A program made the translations under genes and the position numbers. From positions 21,628 to 85,627 of the forward strand of contig CAZXJP010000005.1 in NCBI GenBank assembly GCA_964641025.1: a stretch of DNA of 64,000 nucleotides. Reading direction: 5' to 3'. The notes below the pieces were generated by a model. It saw only the letters and a program-made list of their open reading frames with translations. It searched no databases and had not been told where the DNA came from. This stretch comes from an uncultured Candidatus Saccharibacteria bacterium. Its GTDB lineage: Bacteria > Patescibacteriota > Saccharimonadia > Saccharimonadales > Saccharimonadaceae. Below, in pieces: positions 8,682 to 16,908 of this stretch (position 1 is its first letter; each line of letters begins with the position of its first letter).

Positions 8682-9528
8682 AAAAATACAAAAACTACTG
8701 ATTATTTCTCGCCCGGTGTCATGGCCCAATACCGCGTACCCATTTGCCGCGGCGTTCTTGGTCACGGGCGGAACGCTAGGGCCGACATTCTGGCTGGCAA
8801 CCATCTTTTTCTTGATTCCATATAATCTGTTGATGTATGGAATCAACGACGTATTTGATTATGAATCTGACATACGTAACCCACGTAAAGGTGGACTGGA
8901 GGGTGCCAAAGAGCAAAAGTCTTTGCATCCACTTATTATGTGGTCGGCCTTGTTGACGACTATCCCATTTGTTGTATACCTCTTGTTCGTTGGTTCACTT
9001 CTTGCCAATCTTACGCTACTAGTCGTGATTTTCTTTGTTGTTGCCTACTCTATTGCCGGACTCAGGTTCAAGGAGATTCCCGTGCTCGATTCCGTCACTA
9101 GTAGCATGCACTTCGTGGGCCCCATGGTATATGCTATGGTGCTCACGGGATTTTCAGTGGCCTACATGCCCTTCATTGTCGCGTTCTTTATGTGGGGTCT
9201 AGCCAGCCATGCATTTGGAGCGGTGCAAGACATTATACCCGATCGTGAAGGCAAGCTATCGTCTGTCGCTACTGCGCTAGGAGCACGCTTGACCGTGCGC
9301 GGTGCATTTTTATTCTACATCGCATCAAGCATATTATTGGCTACGCAAGGTCTGGGGCCGGCGATTGTTGGTATAGTCGGATTAATTTACGCTGTAAACA
9401 TCGCGCCATATCTGGGCATTACGGATAAAAAATCAGGCCTCGCAAACCGTGCATGGCGACGCTTCATATGGCTGAATATGTTTACGGGATTCGTTGTGAC
9501 AATGGTTTTGATTGCGGCCTTTATTTAG
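8674..9528 (+). CDS. crtEb: UbiA-family prenyltransferase, lycopene elongase-like
   Basis: NDVFDYESD and VQDIIPDREG Asp-rich motifs in a multi-TM protein. GTG 8674 is preceded by GGAGG (alternative TTG start at 8662). Position is the same as crtEb in C50 clusters. Confidence 0.7.
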   Translation: MLEKIQKLLIISRPVSWPNTAYPFAAAFLVTGGTLGPTFWLATIFFLIPYNLLMYGINDVFDYESDIRNPRKGGLEGAKEQKSLHPLIMWSALLTTIPFVVYLLFVGSLLANLTLLVVIFFVVAYSIAGLRFKEIPVLDSVTSSMHFVGPMVYAMVLTGFSVAYMPFIVAFFMWGLASHAFGAVQDIIPDREGKLSSVATALGARLTVRGAFLFYIASSILLATQGLGPAIVGIVGLIYAVNIAPYLGITDKKSGLANRAWRRFIWLNMFTGFVVTMVLIAAFI

Positions 9529-9662
9529 TACGAAAAATAACCAGCGTATAGTTTGTTTTCTCATAGCAAAGCACCCAATATGAAGTTAAAGGCAGAATTG
9601 TACAAATTATAAAATTGTGTTATCGTATGCATAGACACATCTGTTCTGACATTGGAGGAAAA

Positions 9663-9884
9663 ATGCACGCGACTGCGAGTTGCAAGATGTCGATGCCTAG
9701 ATGGTGGTTCAATTCATTCATCTCGAGCGCATTGTCAACTGCGTCTAGCGCAGGAGTCACGATGCAGTACAAAGGCTTCAAGGGCCTAATGCGCACTCAC
9801 GTTACTATCTATTTAGAGGGTGAGGCAGAGGCTGTGACCCGGTTTTATAACTGGCTGGAAGACGTTGCCATACGAAACCCCTGA
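9663..9884 (+). CDS. small hypothetical protein (73 aa)
   Basis: ATG 9663 is preceded by GGAGGA at about 5 nt and followed by a hairpin. No homology recognised. Confidence 0.3.
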   Translation: MHATASCKMSMPRWWFNSFISSALSTASSAGVTMQYKGFKGLMRTHVTIYLEGEAEAVTRFYNWLEDVAIRNP

Positions 9885-9910
9885 GTGTTCGAGCCTGATT
9901 CGTTTAGTGT

Positions 9911-9945
9911 AAAGAGCCCTGCTCCGCTAATCGGTCAGGCTCTTT
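9911..9945 (+). terminator. hairpin downstream of the carotenoid cluster / small ORF
   Basis: AAAGAGCC(C)TG ... CAGGCTCTTT stem. The T-tract is only partly present. Confidence 0.4.
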
Positions 9946-10066
9946 GCATTTCCTGCTGTATTCTCGCACAAAGTGGCTATCAACCGTGGCCAAGAGCAGT
10001 GAACTCTGTCTACCTCCTATAAAAAATATATGTAAAAACCGCTTGTGGTGCTACTATTAGCACATA

Positions 10067-11041
10067 ATGAAAAAACAACTCAAAAAACCTACGCGTAAAC
10101 ATACTGTTCGGGGTGCGCACAGCAAGCTAAAAACAAGGCTACCAAAAAGTCCATTTATTGCGGGGGTAGCTATTGTCGTGGCTCTTTTGGTTCTCGGTGG
10201 ATCATCCTATAGCGTTTATCACTATTTTCAGGCCAGCGCAGATGACAATAAGGTATTGGTGACGCAGAAGCAGGGCGAGAAGAAAGAAGCCTTGCCGAAT
10301 ATTGATAACAAGCTGGCAGATATTAACAAAGATGACGTAAAGAAAGCTTCGGAAACCAAGAAAGATTACAGTGACCCACGCGCGCCTACTCTTACTACTG
10401 GCGCGGGATGTATAACGTGCGACAATAATCCAAAACACTCTATTATTACGAATTTCAAATCAACAAAAATGCGTGCCGGTACGACCATTGGACCGTTTAG
10501 CGCCCGTACTTCAACTGGAGTCAAGGTTGACTGGTCTACGCCAGGGTCTCCAAAGGATTTTTCGCCGTATAGCTATATAAAGGACACGTCATTTTTTAAC
10601 CGCTCCTCGATTACATTCTATATACGCACCGAAACAAATGTAAAACCCGGAACCTATCAAATGCAGATGACGGCAGTCGATACAAAGAATTACACGCGTG
10701 CAAGGCATTTTGCTAATATTACAGTGACTGAGAAAGGGTATTTTACTATTACGCCAGGTCCAGCAACAATAGACTATAACAGGGGCTATTACTTGAACTT
10801 ACCGCTAAAGTTGAATCGCTTTAATGGACATGACGAGTCGGTTAGCATGAGCGCGGAGATGCAGTGTCCGGGTAGTTCAAAGAAATATTTTGATCATAGT
10901 TGGGACCATCACCCCTCACCGCGTCTAGTTGGACCAATCAATAATTTCGGCGTGCCCAATACATGCACCATAACCATGGACGCGGTTGATGCGAGTCACC
11001 AAACAGTTTACAAAAAAACTGTAACTTTTTCTGTTAACTAG
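10067..11041 (+). CDS. membrane-anchored / secreted hypothetical protein
   Basis: Basic N-terminus followed by a single hydrophobic helix (FIAGVAIVVALLVLGG). The remainder is Ser/Thr/Asn-rich and beta-like. Confidence 0.5.
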   Translation: MKKQLKKPTRKHTVRGAHSKLKTRLPKSPFIAGVAIVVALLVLGGSSYSVYHYFQASADDNKVLVTQKQGEKKEALPNIDNKLADINKDDVKKASETKKDYSDPRAPTLTTGAGCITCDNNPKHSIITNFKSTKMRAGTTIGPFSARTSTGVKVDWSTPGSPKDFSPYSYIKDTSFFNRSSITFYIRTETNVKPGTYQMQMTAVDTKNYTRARHFANITVTEKGYFTITPGPATIDYNRGYYLNLPLKLNRFNGHDESVSMSAEMQCPGSSKKYFDHSWDHHPSPRLVGPINNFGVPNTCTITMDAVDASHQTVYKKTVTFSVN

Positions 11042-11078
11042 AGTCACTGTAGGAAGCCTTCGTCGTTATTGAACCGAA

Positions 11079-11861
11079 TTAGATACGCTGTAAGCTTTCG
11101 TAGAGCACACTTGCTAGATTGATGTCTGTAAGCTTATGGAATTTCGCGAAGCCTGGAGACCTATTTACCTCCATGAGCTTCAGGTCACCGCCTGATGTAA
11201 ACGCTATATCGAGTCCGACAAAGTCCATATCTGGCGCCATGTTCATGATGTTCGATGAAAAATCTATTTCCTCTTGAGTTAGTTTGCGTGAGTCAATTAC
11301 TTCGGACGATGTATTAGACGTCATATTTCGACGAATAGTACAGATAGGATATACCTCGCCGCAGATTACATATACACGTAGCTCCTCTTGTATGTTTAAT
11401 GATTCTTGCACAATCCAGGAATCTTCTGTGTTGGAAGTTTCCTTTATGTTCCATGTCACTCCACTGCCGCGTGACGATAATCTCTTCTTAAACAGGGGTT
11501 TTGTGAAGTCAGTAACGTTCGTCTCTTGGCTAAGAAGTTCCGTTCGGGGCATATATTTACCGAATGTTTTATATTGTCGCCACTTATCCTCAAAATCTAC
11601 TATCTCATCAACATTGTCGAGGCCATCGACAAACCTTACATCGGAATTTGTATGTTTTGCGTGTTGAACTATACCTTGAATTTCACTACGAAAATTTTGC
11701 GGCAAGGTGCTTGGTTGACTGAAGTGGCTTCTGATATAAACTGTTTTATAAGTCTCCAGGCTATCTGGAACCGATTCATTATCTAGAATAATAATATCCG
11801 CGTAAGGTTTCAGGAGATTCAACGATGAATCGGGACTCACGGCAATAACGACATTTCTCAT
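11079..11861 (-). CDS. ATP-grasp family protein (RimK-like)
   Basis: Motifs DKWRQY, KKRLSSRGSGV, QEELRVYVICGEV and the C-terminal LMEVNRSPGF. Confidence 0.6.
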   Translation of the reverse strand: MRNVVIAVSPDSSLNLLKPYADIIILDNESVPDSLETYKTVYIRSHFSQPSTLPQNFRSEIQGIVQHAKHTNSDVRFVDGLDNVDEIVDFEDKWRQYKTFGKYMPRTELLSQETNVTDFTKPLFKKRLSSRGSGVTWNIKETSNTEDSWIVQESLNIQEELRVYVICGEVYPICTIRRNMTSNTSSEVIDSRKLTQEEIDFSSNIMNMAPDMDFVGLDIAFTSGGDLKLMEVNRSPGFAKFHKLTDINLASVLYESLQRI

Positions 11862-11917
11862 TGTTTAATCATAACAAAAAGACTCCATATAGGAGACTCT
11901 TCATTGTGCTTATACTG

Positions 11918-11936
11918 TGGCAGGGGCACTAGGAAT
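11918..11936 (-). repeat. 19-nt duplicate of the 3' end of tRNA-Trp
   Basis: TGGCAGGGGCACTAGGAAT is identical to 12183-12201. Confidence 0.8.
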
Positions 11937-12146
11937 ACCAAGGTACAACTGCGCCACGTCCAAAAATACTAAGAGGTAGTATTTTTGTTCTGTGTCTTGT
12001 TGGACGCAAGATGTTATAGCTATTCTAGCTATAACATCAACTAGATACTGTACAAATCGTAGATTTGACAGTATGCGCACCTAGATCTTTGCGTATTGCC
12101 TTTGGCAATGCGCGACCTAGGTTCGCTTCATATAATCTCCAGCATA

Positions 12147-12180
12147 GAAAAACGACCTACATGGATGCAGGTCGTTTTTC
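12147..12180 (-). terminator. hairpin/terminator immediately after tRNA-Trp
   Basis: 12-bp stem GAAAAACGACCT / AGGTCGTTTTTC with run-on T residues on both strands. Confidence 0.5.
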
Positions 12181-12182
12181 TA

Positions 12183-12257
12183 TGGCAGGGGCACTAGGAA
12201 TCGAACCTAGATCTAAGGTTTTGGAGACCTTTATACTAGCCGTTGTACTATGCCCCT
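12183..12257 (-). tRNA. tRNA-Trp (anticodon CCA), CCA encoded
   Basis: Hand-folded cloverleaf: acceptor AGGGGCA/TGCCCCT, anticodon stem AAGGT/ACCTT with loop CTCCAAA, T-loop GGTTCGATTCC. Confidence 0.9.
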
Positions 12258-12335
12258 AGATTGTTAATTTTTACATCCGTTATTGTAGCATATTTGTGTG
12301 GATACCCTATCCTTTCATTATAACACATTGCGCTT

Positions 12336-13037
12336 ATGAATGCAATATCGTGCGTGGTGTGCGATACTAGTGACACTATGGCTAGTCCGGAGGAGCGTAC
12401 CAAGGAAAAGGTCAAAATAGCCCATGAAGCTATTTTGCAGCTTGGTCAGCGTGCCGTCGAAATGGCCCTAATAGACCGTGCAGTCTATCTAACTCCCGAA
12501 CGAATGGAAAACGACGCCGAACACAGCTTTCATTTGGGACTAACTGCCATGGAGTTGGCAGAGATATTTTACCCAAAGCTTGATTCCGGTTTAGTTGCAA
12601 AATATTCACTAGTGCATGATCTGATAGAAACAATCACGGGCGATGTTCCTACGTATAACCTAACCAAGAGCGAACTAGAAGAAAAACGCCAAACGGAACA
12701 CGATGCCCTACCACAACTGCGCCAGAAGCTTCCAGAACATACGCGTAAAGTATTAGACGAATACGAGGAACAAAAAATACCGGAAGCCCGTTTCGTGCGC
12801 GTGGTAGACAAGCTGTTACCTGCTATTATCCATACCATATTGCCTGAAGCCAACAAGGAAGAGTTCTTCCGTCGTTTCGGAATAAAAGACGAAGAGCACT
12901 TGGCTCAGTTGAGCGCCGCTAGAACGCGTGCGCTAAAAGCGGACTATCCAGAATTTGATTTGATACATCAGTTGCGTACTGTTTCGTCAGCGATGGCGAG
13001 GCGCAAGCTGTTAGCTATAGGCCAGGAACTTACATAA
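12336..13037 (+). CDS. HD-domain phosphohydrolase (YfbR-like 5'-nucleotidase family)
   Basis: Motifs NDAEHSFHLG and LVHDLIETITGD. Alternative start at 12378. Confidence 0.7.
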   Translation: MNAISCVVCDTSDTMASPEERTKEKVKIAHEAILQLGQRAVEMALIDRAVYLTPERMENDAEHSFHLGLTAMELAEIFYPKLDSGLVAKYSLVHDLIETITGDVPTYNLTKSELEEKRQTEHDALPQLRQKLPEHTRKVLDEYEEQKIPEARFVRVVDKLLPAIIHTILPEANKEEFFRRFGIKDEEHLAQLSAARTRALKADYPEFDLIHQLRTVSSAMARRKLLAIGQELT

Positions 13038-13758
13038 GATCGTTTTCGATTCTAGTAATTGGATCGTACCAACCCTGTTCCAGAACGAATGTCTGAAACG
13101 TTTTGTCTAGGCCCGTGATAATCGCCAAGCCAACCACGATGAACAAAATACCAATTGTACGCGCTAGCCATCCCTTGGTGTTGTTGAGGACCCTTAATTT
13201 ACCCAATACCGCCTGGCCCAGATATGCAATCGCCAAGAGCGTGACAGCCATACCAAGAGCGTATGTAATCAGATAGATGAGCCCTAGCGTAAAATCCGCC
13301 GGTATTGCGACCGCGATGATAAAGGCAAAAGTCGGGCTACAACTAGCAAATACGGGACCCAGAGCGGCACCGGTAAGTATTGCTCCACCCGTCCCCTGTT
13401 GCTTGTTTGCAGAGGCCAGTTCGCGATTAGCAAACGCCGGAAGCCTAATAAGCCCCGTGAACTTTTCCCATAAAGGCACGCCTAGATAGTGAAGACCCAG
13501 CAATATGATGATTCCACCGGCGAGAATCTGCCAAAACACGTCGTCTATTCCTAAGAATGCCGTCGATACTCGCAATAACAGCGTGAATACAACTACCGAA
13601 ATAACTAAACTACCGGTTACTATAAGTGGTCGAATTTTGCGTCTTTTGGCATCGCCGTCTACCATAGATCCACCAAGAATAACGGGCAAAAATATCAGCA
13701 CGCATGGGGCCGTAACCGTGAGTACGCCCGCCAAAAATGAAAGTACGAGTAATGTCAT
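13030..13758 (-). CDS. ccdA: cytochrome c biogenesis / thiol-disulfide transporter CcdA (DsbD family)
   Basis: Six-TM protein with N-terminal LAGVLTVTAPCVLIFLPV and a second Cys in FASCSPT. Confidence 0.8.
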   Translation of the reverse strand: MTLLVLSFLAGVLTVTAPCVLIFLPVILGGSMVDGDAKRRKIRPLIVTGSLVISVVVFTLLLRVSTAFLGIDDVFWQILAGGIIILLGLHYLGVPLWEKFTGLIRLPAFANRELASANKQQGTGGAILTGAALGPVFASCSPTFAFIIAVAIPADFTLGLIYLITYALGMAVTLLAIAYLGQAVLGKLRVLNNTKGWLARTIGILFIVVGLAIITGLDKTFQTFVLEQGWYDPITRIENDLM

Positions 13759-13760
13759 AT

Positions 13761-14261
13761 CTAGTTCAGTAAATTAGCCTCGACGCTAGCTAGAGTCGGG
13801 TCTTCGTATGCGACATATTTTTTGATTAAATCGCCATTGTCATCAATCGTGACGAGTGACGTTTGGATAGTAATGCCATATTTTTGTCGAAGCGCCTGGT
13901 TGGTATCGTAATCTACCTTAAATATTGTCACGCCGTTCGGAACAGTACCCTGTTGGATGCTTTGTTCTAACGCACGACATTGTGGGCACCATGGCGCGTG
14001 AAAGAACAGTACTTTCGTTCCTTCGGCATTTGCTACTTTGTCCGCGGAATAATCCGTGTACACGCCCTTCGCTACATCCGCAGGTACATCATCGACTTCG
14101 TCTGTTTCTGGATCTGTTGAAACGGATGGACTGGCTGATGGTGATGGGCTAGTATTCGCCGTTGGCATTAGGTCAGAATTTGGCGATAATACTACGTACA
14201 GTACCGCTCCGATTACTACTATTGCTATTGCTGAAATTGTGATTATTACAGATTTTTTCAT
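13761..14261 (-). CDS. membrane-anchored thioredoxin-like protein
   Basis: N-terminal TM helix and redox motif FFHAPWCPQC. Adjacent to ccdA. Confidence 0.8.
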   Translation of the reverse strand: MKKSVIITISAIAIVVIGAVLYVVLSPNSDLMPTANTSPSPSASPSVSTDPETDEVDDVPADVAKGVYTDYSADKVANAEGTKVLFFHAPWCPQCRALEQSIQQGTVPNGVTIFKVDYDTNQALRQKYGITIQTSLVTIDDNGDLIKKYVAYEDPTLASVEANLLN

Positions 14262-14312
14262 ATACCTAGTATAGCATTGTTTAAAATATGCCTAAAACAA
14301 GCATAAAAACTG

Positions 14313-14342
14313 TTGTACAAACACTAGTAGTTTAGCTATAAT
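14313..14342 (+). promoter_or_regulatory. sigma70-like promoter of the glucan cluster
   Basis: TTGTAC - 18 nt - TATAAT, about 65 nt upstream of ATG 14407. GGAGGGGG Shine-Dalgarno before the start. Confidence 0.5.
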
Positions 14343-14406
14343 CGTAAGCAGATTCTTAAACAAATAAGGAGCACTCGGTTTATCAGGGGTAGACCGGAGG
14401 GGGTAA

Positions 14407-15621
14407 ATGAAAATATTGATGTTGGGCTGGGAACTTCCGCCGCACAACAGCGGAGGCCTAGGCGTTGCTTGTTATCATATGTCCAAAGCACTGTCTGTTG
14501 CGGGTGCTTCGATTGATTTTGTCTTGCCCTATCGAGCAGAGCATCCGGGTGTTGATTTCATGAAGATACATCATGCAACTGAACTAAAACCCGATCTGAA
14601 AGCACACATGGGCAGTTATGATAGCAACTGGGTGTTTGAGCGATATCTAGAAAATGCCACGAATCCAAATTCTTTGCGAGGAATACAGCGTCGATATGTT
14701 GATTTTATTGAGGATATCGCCCCGGAACTACGACCAGACGTCATACACGCCCATGACTGGCTGACGATGGAGGCTGGCGTGCGAGCAAAGGAGCTAACGG
14801 GGGCCCCTCTGGTCGTTCATGTGCACGCTACGGAATTCGATCGTTCCGGCGAGCATTATGGCAACCCTATTGTTCATGAAATTGAACAGCAAGCCCTACT
14901 GATGGCAGATAGGATTATCGCCGTTAGTCAGCTGACAAAGAACATCATCGTGAGAGAATACGGTATCCCAGAAGAATTAGTAGAAGTAGTCCATAATGCC
15001 GTGAACATGGATGATTTTGGGCCGTATGAATACGACACTCGGAGCTACAGGTATCTAGAAGCGTTAAAGTACGAGGGGTATACCGTAGTGTCGGTTTTGA
15101 CAAGGTTCACTATTCAAAAAGGACTAACGCACTTCATGAAAGCCGCCGCCAAAGCTTGCGAGAAATATGATCGCTTTGTATTCTTGTTTGCTGGTGATGG
15201 CGAGCTAAGGGATGAGCTTATACAACTCTCGGCCGAATACGGTATATCGGACAAAGTTTATTTCACTGGATTCGTGCGTGGCAGACAATGGCGAGACGTC
15301 TATTCTATATCAGATATTTTTGTAATGAGCTCTGTGAGCGAGCCTTTCGGCTTGACGGCCCTGGAAGCGGCTCATCATGGAACCGCCTTAATCCTTAGTA
15401 AACAATCTGGTGTCGGCGAAGTACTTAACAGTAGTCTAAAGTACGATTTTTGGGACACCGACACGCTAGCGGATCAAATGCTGGGTATAGCTCTCTCTCC
15501 TGCTCTGGCTACTGAACTACGCAATAATGTGCGCAATGAATATGCTCGACTTTCCTGGGATGACATAGCAAGAAATTGCATGGGTATATATCACCGAACA
15601 AGAAAGGTGGCGCTGGTATGA
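14407..15621 (+). CDS. glycosyltransferase, glycogen/alpha-glucan synthase-like (GT4/GT5)
   Basis: N-terminal MLGWELPPHNSGGLGVACYHM (KxGGL-like) and a C-terminal GT-B region SEPFGLTALEAAHHG. Confidence 0.75.
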   Translation: MKILMLGWELPPHNSGGLGVACYHMSKALSVAGASIDFVLPYRAEHPGVDFMKIHHATELKPDLKAHMGSYDSNWVFERYLENATNPNSLRGIQRRYVDFIEDIAPELRPDVIHAHDWLTMEAGVRAKELTGAPLVVHVHATEFDRSGEHYGNPIVHEIEQQALLMADRIIAVSQLTKNIIVREYGIPEELVEVVHNAVNMDDFGPYEYDTRSYRYLEALKYEGYTVVSVLTRFTIQKGLTHFMKAAAKACEKYDRFVFLFAGDGELRDELIQLSAEYGISDKVYFTGFVRGRQWRDVYSISDIFVMSSVSEPFGLTALEAAHHGTALILSKQSGVGEVLNSSLKYDFWDTDTLADQMLGIALSPALATELRNNVRNEYARLSWDDIARNCMGIYHRTRKVALV

Positions 15622-16874
15622 AAAAGGGCGTCGTAGTATACCTACACGTTCATCAACCGTACCGCGTGCGGCCGTATTCTATATTCGATATAGGTGAATC
15701 CCATAACTATTTCGATGTATTTGACGACACCGATGTTAATGACGAAAAAATACTATTAAAGGTCGCGGATAAGTCATATAGGCCAATGATTTCACTATTG
15801 CAAACCTTGCTTGATAAACACGAAGATTTTCACGTTTCGTTAAGTATTAGTGGCGACTTTATCGATCAGGCCGAACGTTGGGCGCCTGATCTGATTGATG
15901 GTTTTCGGCGATTATTTGACACTGGGCGCGTAGAGTTTGTAGCGGAAACGTACCACCATAGTTTGGCGTTCTTTTTCAGCCGTAGCGAATTCGAAGCCCA
16001 GGTAGACATGCAGCGTGAAAAAGTAAAAGAACTGTTTGGAGTAACGCCCAGGGCTTTTCGTAATACCGAACTAGCCTACAATGACGAAGTGGCGAAGTGG
16101 GCGGATGATGCAGGATACAAAGTCATACTAGCCGAAGGATGGGACAAGGTGCTCGGATGGAAGAGCCCTAACTATCTGTATAGTCCAACCAACACTGAAA
16201 ACATTAAGTTATTATTAAAAAATTATAAACTTAGCGATGATATGGCATTTCGCTTCGGCGATACGAACTGGTCTGAATTTCCACTAACTAGTGATAAATA
16301 TATCGAATGGGTTCGTGCTTCTATCGGTGATGGTCAGATAGCGAATTTATTTATGGACTTCGAAACGTTTGGCGAACATCAGTGGGAAGACAAGGGTATA
16401 TTTAGCTTTTTTGAACAGTTTGTTGGTGATTGGATAAGTCATGGAAATGCTTTCTATACTGTTTCAGGAGCTGCCGAAAAGCTCGATTCAGCAGGTGAAA
16501 TCAGTATGCCAGACACCGTTACCTGGGCCGATACGGAACGTGACCTAACAGCGTGGTTGGGTAACAGTATGCAGCAAGAAGCGGCACGACATCTCTATGC
16601 ACTAGAAAAAGACGTCATGCGAAGCAACGACACGGAACTAATCAGAGATTGGCGCTATTTACAGACATCCGATCATTTGTATTACATGTGCACTAAATGG
16701 ATGAATGATGGTGATATCCATGCCTACTTTAGTCCATACGACTCACCATACAATGCGTTTCTGTACTATATGAACGCTATTCGTGATGTTCGCCTGAGGG
16801 TTATGCAGCATCATCGTTTGGGCGGAGTACATGGCCATGAAAATACAGCGAGAGAAGGAGTTCATGGGATATAG
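15618..16874 (+). CDS. glycoside hydrolase family 57 protein (alpha-amylase / branching-enzyme type)
   Basis: Motifs VVVYLHVHQPYR and FMDFETFGEH, typical of GH57. ATGA overlap with the upstream gene. Confidence 0.8.
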   Translation: MKKGVVVYLHVHQPYRVRPYSIFDIGESHNYFDVFDDTDVNDEKILLKVADKSYRPMISLLQTLLDKHEDFHVSLSISGDFIDQAERWAPDLIDGFRRLFDTGRVEFVAETYHHSLAFFFSRSEFEAQVDMQREKVKELFGVTPRAFRNTELAYNDEVAKWADDAGYKVILAEGWDKVLGWKSPNYLYSPTNTENIKLLLKNYKLSDDMAFRFGDTNWSEFPLTSDKYIEWVRASIGDGQIANLFMDFETFGEHQWEDKGIFSFFEQFVGDWISHGNAFYTVSGAAEKLDSAGEISMPDTVTWADTERDLTAWLGNSMQQEAARHLYALEKDVMRSNDTELIRDWRYLQTSDHLYYMCTKWMNDGDIHAYFSPYDSPYNAFLYYMNAIRDVRLRVMQHHRLGGVHGHENTAREGVHGI

Positions 16875-16908
16875 GGGGGTTAGATAATGATTCTGGGTGG
16901 GGTTGCGC

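Noticed and set aside
9615-9662. Longer 89-aa version of the small ORF after the carotenoid cluster
   Set aside because: The GGAGGA Shine-Dalgarno sits just before the internal ATG 9663. The upstream part has no start context. Even the short version is reported only at low confidence.
12065-12259. 64-aa plus-strand ORF
   Set aside because: It overlaps tRNA-Trp and the hairpin-rich spacer, and its C-terminal half is simply the antisense of the tRNA.
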